IMG/VR virus record: IMGVR_UViG_3300037333_000013
Coordinates: 64,001-128,000 of that record
Reading direction: 5' to 3' (one strand)
DNA from: a virus
DNA length: 64,000 bases
The notes beneath the pieces were generated by a model. It was not told where the DNA came from. It did not search any database and saw only the letters and a program-made list of their open reading frames with translations. Below are positions 40,878 through 49,690 of the stretch, piece after piece; within the stretch, counting starts at the first letter, position 1, and each line of letters opens with the position of its first letter. The translations under genes were made by a program, and so were the position numbers.

Positions 40878-41526
40878 TCTCTTTCTCCTTCAATCTGTTA
40901 TTTTCATCACGTATTTTTATAAGAGATTCGTCGAACCTCAACTCTTTTGCTGAACCTAATGGAACAACTTCTAACATACTTCCACCATAGTCAACATTGT
41001 ATACAATAGAACTATCAAAATGAACAGTGTCTATAATACACGCCAATATATAATGTACAATAGCAAGTGTCTCGTCGTCGATATTATAATATGAGTGTAT
41101 AGATGATATGAGTGCATCATTAAGTGTCTCCGTTGTTGGAATCACAGGTATGAGTTGTGTATCCTCATTGGTTAGGGGATTAAACATAATAAGCTCTTTA
41201 TGGTCGTGCCTAAAATACTGTGCTAAGTTTAAAGCATCAACAATGAGCATAGCTGGCGATATGTGAAGATAGGGAACCAGGCGTAAGTTTCGATTATCCT
41301 CTTTTCGTACGATAACGTGCTTACTTTCATCTACAATATCAAGATATAGATACCGAATCTGTTTGTTCTCGTCCAGAATAGGTTCACCATTGTCGTAGCT
41401 CAGTCCGCCTAGTTTAATGGCATCTCTCCTATCTGGAAGATAGATACCAATATCTACATCAAAGTTTGACATACCACACAATGATGCTATCCTGATTACT
41501 TCTGTCTCGAAATTAAAAACTCTCAT
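40849..41526 (-). CDS. Hypothetical protein, first full gene of an early operon
   Basis: 225 aa, SD AAAGGAG. Confidence 0.6.
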   Translation of the reverse strand: MRVFNFETEVIRIASLCGMSNFDVDIGIYLPDRRDAIKLGGLSYDNGEPILDENKQIRYLYLDIVDESKHVIVRKEDNRNLRLVPYLHISPAMLIVDALNLAQYFRHDHKELIMFNPLTNEDTQLIPVIPTTETLNDALISSIHSYYNIDDETLAIVHYILACIIDTVHFDSSIVYNVDYGGSMLEVVPLGSAKELRFDESLIKIRDENNRLKEKENDSLWYITH

Positions 41527-41640
41527 TGTTCTCCTTTATCATAGAAGCCTACTCCTATCTAAAATAGGTACTATCTATACTTATGTACTCTTCAATCATT
41601 TTATCTCCTTTATACGTTGTTTTTGTCTCATTAGACACTA

Positions 41641-41651
41641 TAATAATATAT
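41641..41651 (-). promoter_or_regulatory. Early promoter motif
   Basis: ATATATTATTA immediately after the terminator at 41666-41697. Confidence 0.6.
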
Positions 41652-41665
41652 GACTAAAAAGAAAC

Positions 41666-41697
41666 AATAGTCTGTGTGCATATGCACACAGACTATT
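41666..41697 (-). terminator. Intrinsic terminator
   Basis: aatagtctgtgtgc-atat-gcacacagactatt followed by a T-tract. Confidence 0.75.
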
Positions 41698-42472
41698 AAC
41701 TTAATCCACCAAAACACAAACGTGTGTAATTCCTCATGCGTGTTCTGTCAGCCATAAATAACTGTTTCTTTGTCTTCTTGTTAATGAGTTCGAAATATTC
41801 ATTAAAGGAGTTAGAGTAGCTATTGATAATGTTATCTACTTCACCAAGTTCATAACCGTTATATAAGTGAGCAGTACCCTTTCTAATAATGAGTGTATTG
41901 TAGATATATAACTCAACAGCTTTCATTGCTGTCAAAGCAAGGTCAGGATAAAACCCATTTCCTATTTCGCTAAATGACTCTGAGTAACTAACGAGTATCT
42001 TCACGTCAGTATTTGAGAAGTCACTGATGACTTCGTTTACAAGAAACTCATTGCCACTTATTTTCTCAATGGCAGTTGTCATAAAGGAGTTTTGCCTTAC
42101 CTCTTTTTGAAATGCTCTTCTTCCAACATTATCAATTCCAGAACCATAGATATCAATGTCGAAATCGTAACTTGTGACTAAGTTAAGCACATTAATAATG
42201 TATCTTCCATTTAGTGCTTCGTCTGGCACTCGCATTAACATAGACCTATCTGTCTCATATACAACAGTACAAACATCTAACGGTACTGTTATCTCAACAC
42301 CAGAGATATAGTTCATATCCAGAAAGAACCTAGGTTCCAATGCTCTAGAGCTTATTTTATAATCTAAACTGTAGACGCTGTCATTAATCTCTCTATTAAA
42401 GAATGCCATCTGCAATACCTGTTCAGGTATACCTTGACGAATGACACCTAAACAATACTGTTTAAAACTCAT
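41696..42472 (-). CDS. Conserved Chimalliviridae-type hypothetical protein
   Basis: IPEQVLQMAF...YIYNTLII...G..LG...IINSY recalls the core gene downstream of phuZ. Confidence 0.55.
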   Translation of the reverse strand: MSFKQYCLGVIRQGIPEQVLQMAFFNREINDSVYSLDYKISSRALEPRFFLDMNYISGVEITVPLDVCTVVYETDRSMLMRVPDEALNGRYIINVLNLVTSYDFDIDIYGSGIDNVGRRAFQKEVRQNSFMTTAIEKISGNEFLVNEVISDFSNTDVKILVSYSESFSEIGNGFYPDLALTAMKAVELYIYNTLIIRKGTAHLYNGYELGEVDNIINSYSNSFNEYFELINKKTKKQLFMADRTRMRNYTRLCFGGLS

Positions 42473-42474
42473 CG

Positions 42475-43497
42475 TTATCCTTTTATATTTTTAAAGAATG
42501 AATAGATAGTGTCTCTATCCATCTCAAATAACGAACACTCAAGTTTTCCAACATCGGCTGACTTTGCTACCAAAAAGAACTGTTTTAGTCCACGTGTGTT
42601 ACTGAAGAACTGCTTTTTACTCACGCGACTCAATGTATCATAGAGACGCATGACAAGAGACCCATAAATAATAAAGTATGGTAGTGTATCATACCTATTG
42701 AAGTATGGGAAACTCACTTGCATATATTCTAGTGCCGTACTATGGGTACTCGGTATGTTGTGCAAGACAGAATCATAAGTAGCACTTTTGTCCTTTATCT
42801 TACGCAATAGTAGTTTCTTATCCTCTTCAAAGATATCTGTGTAGTCTGTAACATAGAACGGATGTAAATTTACATTAAAAGGAGAAGCATCAAAGAGGTA
42901 GAAATTCATCAGTGATATATTAAACATTCCACATATGGCGTTTGTATAGACGTATCTATACAAGAACTCTCTTTCTGAGTATCCTAAGTTACTACCATTT
43001 CTTACCCTACAAAAATCTAAATATTGCAGTGCCATTAACGTAATGTCAATGGTATAAAAACAGAACGAATACGACGCGTCTAGTGGATGTGGGTGTGTGA
43101 AACTACAATGGTCAGAATATAATGGCTTTAACGCAACAGCATTATCATACTTTATATCTCTTAGATAATCACTTTTCGTATGGATAAAAATATCTCTGTC
43201 GTCGTAGTCGGTATATGAAACACGACTCGCTATATTATGTAACCTTACTAACTTCGGTATCATATATTCGCACCTATCAATGACATCAAACTTTGTCAAT
43301 GTTGGCTCTACACCAATAGCGTGTAAAATCTTATATAAAGTATCGTTATGCGATACTCTATCTATCCTTCCACTGTAATACTCTTTTACTTTTGAAATAT
43401 CTTTTTTTATCTTCTCTATGTATTGTGGTACTTTACCAGACCCAGAGATATTTAATATCTTATCTGGAGTAAATCCTATTCTGAAAGCATCTAACAT
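42475..43497 (-). CDS. Conserved Chimalliviridae-type hypothetical protein
   Basis: IDITLMALQY...FLYRYVYTN recalls the core gene downstream of phuZ. Confidence 0.55.
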   Translation of the reverse strand: MLDAFRIGFTPDKILNISGSGKVPQYIEKIKKDISKVKEYYSGRIDRVSHNDTLYKILHAIGVEPTLTKFDVIDRCEYMIPKLVRLHNIASRVSYTDYDDRDIFIHTKSDYLRDIKYDNAVALKPLYSDHCSFTHPHPLDASYSFCFYTIDITLMALQYLDFCRVRNGSNLGYSEREFLYRYVYTNAICGMFNISLMNFYLFDASPFNVNLHPFYVTDYTDIFEEDKKLLLRKIKDKSATYDSVLHNIPSTHSTALEYMQVSFPYFNRYDTLPYFIIYGSLVMRLYDTLSRVSKKQFFSNTRGLKQFFLVAKSADVGKLECSLFEMDRDTIYSFFKNIKG

Positions 43498-43532
43498 TGT
43501 TATCCCCTTTGTATAATCAAAAAAGAAAAGTC

Positions 43533-43560
43533 TGATACTAGGACAAATGTCCTAGTATCA
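43533..43560 (-). terminator. Terminator after phuZ
   Basis: tgatactaggac-aaat-gtcctagtatca followed by a T-tract. Confidence 0.75.
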
Positions 43561-43562
43561 TA

Positions 43563-44567
43563 TTATAGTACGAACTCTTCGTCAGTGACCTCCATATCAT
43601 CATCTTCGAATGTATATTGTTGTGCGTCTTTAATCTGCTTCAAGTTTGTCATGATTGTACCCATTAGACCAATGCGTGAGTGCATAGTAAGTGGTAAGCT
43701 ACCTTTGTCTCCAAGGTTATCTAAGACAGACTTATCTAAAATGACACCTTGTCTATTTGACATAGATGGTACATCAATGGTTGTGTTGTTATTGTCCGTC
43801 AATACTCTCGTTACGACGTATTGGTCATCTCCAAAGTTATCCCCACTTGTTACGTCTACGATAGAGATTCCACTAGGTACATTGAACTTCTTAGCGAGCA
43901 TATGTGGTTTGAAGAATACTGCCATGTCAGCAGGGTCTAACTGTTCATTCTCGCCACTCACAAAGATTGACGTAGCAACAACAAATGATACTACATCTAA
44001 GTTTACAGATGTGAGTGTATCGGACATCGCATTGTCCCTGAACATCATACTGATATTTTTTCTGTTCTTTTTTGCCAAGTTGTGGAATGTCTGGAGCGTG
44101 TCAACGGTATTAGATGTGACATGCAATGTACTACTATCACCTATTGTAATCGTTCCAAAGTTCACATCTCTCTCTAGGAATTCTTTCACAATGATTGGTG
44201 CCGCAACAGAACCAGTTGCACCACTAGCACTATGTACAAGTAGTGCAAAGTTTGTTTCGTTCTCTTCAAAGATTCCAGTATTATTCAAGAACTTCACAAC
44301 CCCATTCTTAATCACATCTAAGTTCTCCCCACGAATTGTCCCACTACCAACAACACCTTTACTTCCAATTCTGGTGTCGTCAATCTTGAAGAACTCGGCA
44401 TCAATAGCAGTTGCTTTATGTTTGTTTGCCTCACTTGTGTCTAGCACTAAGTACTCAATATCAGCAATCCCATTTCCAGTAATATCTAATGCGTCGAAGT
44501 AATCTTTGATTTCGTATGCAATATTTGCACCTGTCCCACCTAATGCGATGATTCTTAATTTTACCAT
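43563..44567 (-). CDS. phuZ: PhuZ phage tubulin
   Basis: ALGGTGANI, LDTS, G.G..R, tubulin signature variant SGATGS, T7-like QLDPADM and acidic tail EEFVL. Confidence 0.9.
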   Translation of the reverse strand: MVKLRIIALGGTGANIAYEIKDYFDALDITGNGIADIEYLVLDTSEANKHKATAIDAEFFKIDDTRIGSKGVVGSGTIRGENLDVIKNGVVKFLNNTGIFEENETNFALLVHSASGATGSVAAPIIVKEFLERDVNFGTITIGDSSTLHVTSNTVDTLQTFHNLAKKNRKNISMMFRDNAMSDTLTSVNLDVVSFVVATSIFVSGENEQLDPADMAVFFKPHMLAKKFNVPSGISIVDVTSGDNFGDDQYVVTRVLTDNNNTTIDVPSMSNRQGVILDKSVLDNLGDKGSLPLTMHSRIGLMGTIMTNLKQIKDAQQYTFEDDDMEVTDEEFVL

Positions 44568-44615
44568 ATTGTCTCCTTTAGACGTTGTTTTAGTTTATGT
44601 GTTTATCACACACAC

Positions 44616-44627
44616 CAATAATATATA
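44616..44627 (-). promoter_or_regulatory. Early promoter motif upstream of phuZ
   Basis: TATATATTATTG. Confidence 0.6.
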
Positions 44628-44636
44628 AGTCTCTTT

Positions 44637-45008
44637 TTATGCTGTGATTGTCTCTCTGATAAAGAAAGCAACAACAATAAACTGTTCATGAGTTAACTTA
44701 TCAAGCTCTGGAATTAAGACAGCTTTAGATAACGTATCATCGATGAACTCTTTGTAAATCTCATTATACGATTCAATGTATCTTCTCACCTCATTTGGAA
44801 CCTCTTTATGTAGTGTTAATGAGAAGTACGTAGAGAATATCGCTTCTCTTTTAAGCCAAGTATCCTCAATGCTCTCTGACCCATCACTTTCTAATCCATT
44901 TAGAATCTCATATAGGTTAAGTTCAGAACAACTAACCAACAACTCTTCGATGTAATCTGTGTATGGTGTAGACTTAACAATATTATTTACTACTTCAATT
45001 ACTTTCAT
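44637..45008 (-). CDS. Hypothetical protein
   Basis: 123 aa, SD AGGAG. Confidence 0.55.
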   Translation of the reverse strand: MKVIEVVNNIVKSTPYTDYIEELLVSCSELNLYEILNGLESDGSESIEDTWLKREAIFSTYFSLTLHKEVPNEVRRYIESYNEIYKEFIDDTLSKAVLIPELDKLTHEQFIVVAFFIRETITA

Positions 45009-45056
45009 TATTTCTCCTAGGACGATATGTCAAGAAAAGAAAGTGAAAACAATTTA

Positions 45057-45080
45057 ACATACTGTCCGAAGACAGTATGT
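45057..45080 (-). terminator. Hairpin with cUUCGg tetraloop after nrdB
   Basis: Minus strand ACATACTGTC-TTCG-GACAGTATGT. Confidence 0.7.
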
Positions 45081-45147
45081 CATTTTTTAACACCGTGTAG
45101 AAAAAGCAGAGCAGTTAATTGTAAATCATTCGGAGAAAATGTGAACT

Positions 45148-46323
45148 CTACACGGTCATATAAATGGACTTTAGGTTCTCCCAGTCTTCATCTACTAATG
45201 GTATAGTCATTCCAATCTTATATTGCGTGGGGTCCATCTCTTGTAAGAGTTCTTGTACTCTATCTCCACCTAGCCACTTATTCATATACGGTAAGTCTGA
45301 ACACTCATCACTAGGATAAATAATATCCTCTTTGATTGCACGTAAACGTATATTTGCTAAGTGCTTAATATAACGTGTCAATACAATGGTATTTAGTCCT
45401 AACAGTGGGCCGTTTTCAAATAGGTAACCAGCCCACTCAATCTCATCTTGAACAGCTTCTGCATAGAGTCTACGCACTTTATCTTTACATTGGTGTGCTA
45501 TCTCTACAAATCCTTCACTCTCGTTTGTCTTGAGAATCTTGACGAGTTTCTGGGAGATGTTCAAGTGATTAAGCTCATCCCTAGCAATCAACTTCAACTC
45601 TTGACCATTCCCACTGAAAATCTTATTGTCCGCCATCTTAAAAGTACATGCAAATGAGACAAAGAACCGTATGCCCTCAATGATGTTCCATGCAATAATA
45701 GCAAGGTACACAGACTCCTTCAGTTCATCTTCTGTTATAAAGTGGTAGAGTCCCATCTTAGATAAGATACGTTTAACTTTATATTCGTTAGAGTTGGTGG
45801 ACTTCTCATACTCATCAGCTTCCCACTTAGCTAACTTGATATATAAGTCTTCATAGAGTTCTTTAATCTTACTAGCATGTGATGTAATGACTTTATCCAC
45901 AGCAATTTGGTCAAAGATATCTGATGGGTTGTTATAGACATTACGTAAGATATATGTATAAGTATCGCTATGGTTTACTTCTTGTTGTTGCAGGATTGTT
46001 AGTGCTTTCTCAATCTCTGTGTTACAGAGCACTCTACCAATAGTAGATAGCAAACTCCTACCTTGAATGGTATCCATAATAGATTGTCTTTTAATGTTTA
46101 AATCAAAGACCCTACGAATAGCAGAGTCCGCATTATCGTAGTCTGATTTATCGTTAATAAGTTTTACCTCTTGCTTCTTCCAGAAGTCCTCTAACATACT
46201 CTCGCTTATGTCTTCAAATCTAGAATACTTTACAGTATCATATCTCTGTATACCTTTACCACTACCGAAGAAAATCTTCTCTTCGTGTGGGTTTGTTTTG
46301 TTTAATTCGTCATAGATATTCAT
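45148..46323 (-). CDS. nrdB: Ribonucleotide reductase class Ia beta subunit
   Basis: QRYD, EVNHSDTY, EGIRFFVSF, IARDELNH. Confidence 0.95.
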   Translation of the reverse strand: MNIYDELNKTNPHEEKIFFGSGKGIQRYDTVKYSRFEDISESMLEDFWKKQEVKLINDKSDYDNADSAIRRVFDLNIKRQSIMDTIQGRSLLSTIGRVLCNTEIEKALTILQQQEVNHSDTYTYILRNVYNNPSDIFDQIAVDKVITSHASKIKELYEDLYIKLAKWEADEYEKSTNSNEYKVKRILSKMGLYHFITEDELKESVYLAIIAWNIIEGIRFFVSFACTFKMADNKIFSGNGQELKLIARDELNHLNISQKLVKILKTNESEGFVEIAHQCKDKVRRLYAEAVQDEIEWAGYLFENGPLLGLNTIVLTRYIKHLANIRLRAIKEDIIYPSDECSDLPYMNKWLGGDRVQELLQEMDPTQYKIGMTIPLVDEDWENLKSIYMTV

Positions 46324-46354
46324 CTTTTATACTACCTTCAGTTTGTTATTTATC

Positions 46355-48565
46355 TTATACACCACATCCACCACCAGCACAACCACTATCTATAACCACA
46401 TCACCATTGTTAAATGTAGAGTAATAGAGTGAGTTCAGCCCTAGTGCATCTGCTTCATAAAGTACTTCAATCATTTTAAAGAGCTTAAACTTATCAACAT
46501 CCTCACCCTCTTTCTCGATGTCTGTCTCAAACCAATCAACGTCAACTGATATCCCTTGGTCTATAAACTCATTAATCACACCAATGGTTTTCAAGTACCT
46601 CTTGTTATCTATCTCTGTTCCGAATACATAGTACTCACTATACTTTTCAAACTCAGGAACAACAACAGGAATTGCACCATACTTTGTTGCTTTTAAGTAG
46701 AATGGGGATAGTGGTACTTTCACACCGTTCGTAGCACCGCTGATATCTCCAGATGTACCAGCTGGTGGAATAGCACTCAACGACAAGTTATATAATCCAT
46801 ACTGAATAATATCAGTGTTTAGTTTATCGATATCGTCTTCTGATACGTATTCCCAATTAAGTGTCTTGAGATACCCATCAGAGTATCTAGATTTCTCTCT
46901 AAACCATTTAGCTTCACCGTTCTCTTTTGCTAGTTTACAAGAAGCAACCAACAACCAATACTGAAAGTGTTCAATATACTCTTTTATTTTTGCATCTGCT
47001 TCATCTGTACCGAACTTCGTTTTAGACTTAGCTGTAAAGTGTGACAAGTCCGATACGCCCATACCTAAGTACCTACCATTCATCATTGTTCTTCGAATCA
47101 TCTCATGTGGATACTCTTGCATATCTATGACTCTATTTCCCATCTTCACAAGTAGTTCACACACTCGTTTTAATCTATCTAAAGAACAGAATCCCATATT
47201 AACATTACCCAATATACAAAGTGGTAACTCTGCATTTGTATCATTAATAGATTGGATAGGGGTTGTCGGTAAGAATATCTCTACACATAGATTTGTGGTT
47301 CTGATAGCGACTTTAAATGGTCCATCGTTTGCGTTGCTAATAAAGATAGGGTGTATTCTACCTGTTTCGAAGAACTCAACAGCATATCTCTCTAATAGTT
47401 CCCTTGCAGAGATTTGTTTCTTTTTGATACTCTCATTACTCTCGTAGTTCTTATACGTCTCTTCCCATAGTTCTGTGTCATAAAGGTTATCTAAAAGTAA
47501 CCTAGTCTCATGTGAGCTAAAGAGTGTCCACATCTCATCGTTTAATGCTCTCTTTAATAATAGTTTAGGAATCAAAACAGAATATGTTAAACCTTTGACA
47601 GAGTTCTCCTCTGTTGACTTATTACTCTTTAGAGTAAGAAGCTTCTCAATATCCCAGTCCCATATTGCATTAATGTTATTTGCGGAGTTGTTTCTAGCAC
47701 CCTGAGAGAATGGGTTAATCGATACTTCAAACCACCTCAATATAGGTATCTTTCCAGTATGTTTGATAGTTCCATTTGAAATAGGCATACCATCACCTCT
47801 AATGTTCGCACTTGATAGACCAATACCAGAACGTAATGCACCCATATCTGTTAAGATTGTGACAGTTGCACTTATACCTTTTTTCGTATCCCCTGTTTCA
47901 ATAACACAACACGAGGCATACCCATCTTTATTTGTTCTAAATCCTGACATAATTGGTGATGGTAAACTGATTTCAAATCTATTAAAACTGTGATACATAT
48001 CTATGATATCATCTTTATTTTTCGTATCTGAAAATGCCATCATTGCGATAAGCATATATGCCTCTTGTGGTGTCTCGATAAACCTACCAGAATCTTTATC
48101 TCCAACGAGATACTTATCTATGAATGTTCTTACGCCTATATACTTAATGTTTCTATTATAAGTATAATCAATCTCATTTCCAAAAGCGTTTATCTCTTCT
48201 TCCGTATAAAGCTCTAGTATCTTGTTTGTATAGAACCCATCTTTAATGTTTCTCTTTACAATATCTAATAGTGGCAATGGTGTTTTACCACCATAGACAG
48301 ACTTATAAACACCTATCATTAATGCTCTCGACGAAGCATATTGGAAGTCAGGATATCTCAATGATATTTTGTCTTTTAATAACGTCGATAGGGTATCTTG
48401 AATATCTCTTGTATGTATCCCACTATCCAAATGGAAAGACATCTCTTTCTTCACTTCATCGACTGGTACTTTGAGTCCATGGCAAAGGTAATCAATCATT
48501 CTGTCAATTTTCCCTCTATCGAGGAGTTGCTTCTCCCCATTTTGTTTAATTACATATTGTTGCAT
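46355..48565 (-). CDS. nrdA: Ribonucleotide reductase class Ia alpha subunit
   Basis: N-terminal ATP cone, SCC, TNLCVE, LCILG, PAGTS, SLYY and C-terminal CAGGGC. Confidence 0.95.
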   Translation of the reverse strand: MQQYVIKQNGEKQLLDRGKIDRMIDYLCHGLKVPVDEVKKEMSFHLDSGIHTRDIQDTLSTLLKDKISLRYPDFQYASSRALMIGVYKSVYGGKTPLPLLDIVKRNIKDGFYTNKILELYTEEEINAFGNEIDYTYNRNIKYIGVRTFIDKYLVGDKDSGRFIETPQEAYMLIAMMAFSDTKNKDDIIDMYHSFNRFEISLPSPIMSGFRTNKDGYASCCVIETGDTKKGISATVTILTDMGALRSGIGLSSANIRGDGMPISNGTIKHTGKIPILRWFEVSINPFSQGARNNSANNINAIWDWDIEKLLTLKSNKSTEENSVKGLTYSVLIPKLLLKRALNDEMWTLFSSHETRLLLDNLYDTELWEETYKNYESNESIKKKQISARELLERYAVEFFETGRIHPIFISNANDGPFKVAIRTTNLCVEIFLPTTPIQSINDTNAELPLCILGNVNMGFCSLDRLKRVCELLVKMGNRVIDMQEYPHEMIRRTMMNGRYLGMGVSDLSHFTAKSKTKFGTDEADAKIKEYIEHFQYWLLVASCKLAKENGEAKWFREKSRYSDGYLKTLNWEYVSEDDIDKLNTDIIQYGLYNLSLSAIPPAGTSGDISGATNGVKVPLSPFYLKATKYGAIPVVVPEFEKYSEYYVFGTEIDNKRYLKTIGVINEFIDQGISVDVDWFETDIEKEGEDVDKFKLFKMIEVLYEADALGLNSLYYSTFNNGDVVIDSGCAGGGCGV

Positions 48566-48656
48566 TATAGTCCTTTTTAGTCTGATTTAGTCAGCTAAAA
48601 TCTTTCTTAAATTATTAATGTATGCCTTAAGTGATAATAAATAATAGGATAATAAA

Positions 48657-49679
48657 ATGTTTCATGTGATTTCAATATTTAGTGGTGCCGGCGGGATGGA
48701 TTTAGGGTTTTGTGGTGGTTTTCGATACTTAGATAACTATTATAGAAAGTTGAAGTTTAAGACAACATTGATGGTTGAGAGAGACAAGGAAGCCTGTGAT
48801 ACATTAAAGAACAATAAATGGTTTAAAGATGCAGATATAAAGAATGCAGATATTACAACAATGGATAAGAAACAATATAGTTGCGATGTATTGATAGGTG
48901 GATTTCCGTGTGTAACGTTTAGTGTGGTTGGTAATAGGAATGGTGTAAATGATGATATTAATGGTAAGTTATATCTATCGTTTGTTGACTACATTACTTT
49001 TTACAAACCAAAAGTGTTTGTGGCTGAGAACGTAAAAGGAATACTAAGTTCTAATAAGGGGAGAGACAAGGAGATTATACTAAAGTCATTTGAAGATTTA
49101 GGGTATGTTGTATCAGTATATCTAGTCAACTTTGCAGATTACGGTGTCCAACAACTGAGAGAAAGAGTTTTGTTTATTGGGGTGTGTAATAACATTAAAG
49201 AGAAGTTTATTCCACCAACAAAGATAACAACAAAACATACCACATCAAGAGAAGCATTATCATCCATAAGTGATAATATTGCAAATAATGAAATTGGTAT
49301 TGTATCTGATAATGTGAAGAAGAAGTTAGAACATATTCCTGAGGGTGGTAACTTTAAAGATTTGCCTGTTCACTTATCTGTTAAAGGAATGATGTCTAAC
49401 ATATATAGAAAGTTAGACAGGAATAAACCAAGCACAACCGTCATTGCATCTGGTGGTGGTGGGACATATGGGTATCATTACGAAGAACATAGACCACTCA
49501 CAAACAGAGAACGTGCAAGGTTGCAATCGTTTCCAGATGATTTTGTATTCTATGGTACTGGAAAATCTGTACGAAGGCAAATCGGAAATGCAGTCCCGCC
49601 AGTTGGTATATTCTGGTTTGCACAAGCGATTGAAGCACTGTTATGCAAGATTGATATGAATACGAAAAAAATAAAGTAG
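48657..49679 (+). CDS. C5 cytosine DNA methyltransferase (orphan)
   Basis: FSGAGG, GGFPC, ENV, Q.RER, RERARLQSFPD, QIGNAVP. Confidence 0.92.
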   Translation: MFHVISIFSGAGGMDLGFCGGFRYLDNYYRKLKFKTTLMVERDKEACDTLKNNKWFKDADIKNADITTMDKKQYSCDVLIGGFPCVTFSVVGNRNGVNDDINGKLYLSFVDYITFYKPKVFVAENVKGILSSNKGRDKEIILKSFEDLGYVVSVYLVNFADYGVQQLRERVLFIGVCNNIKEKFIPPTKITTKHTTSREALSSISDNIANNEIGIVSDNVKKKLEHIPEGGNFKDLPVHLSVKGMMSNIYRKLDRNKPSTTVIASGGGGTYGYHYEEHRPLTNRERARLQSFPDDFVFYGTGKSVRRQIGNAVPPVGIFWFAQAIEALLCKIDMNTKKIK

Positions 49680-49690
49680 TGCCTAAGGAT

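Noticed and set aside
43585-44502. 305-aa antisense ORF over phuZ
   Set aside because: Shadow frame of a codon-biased gene; no SD and no recognisable motifs
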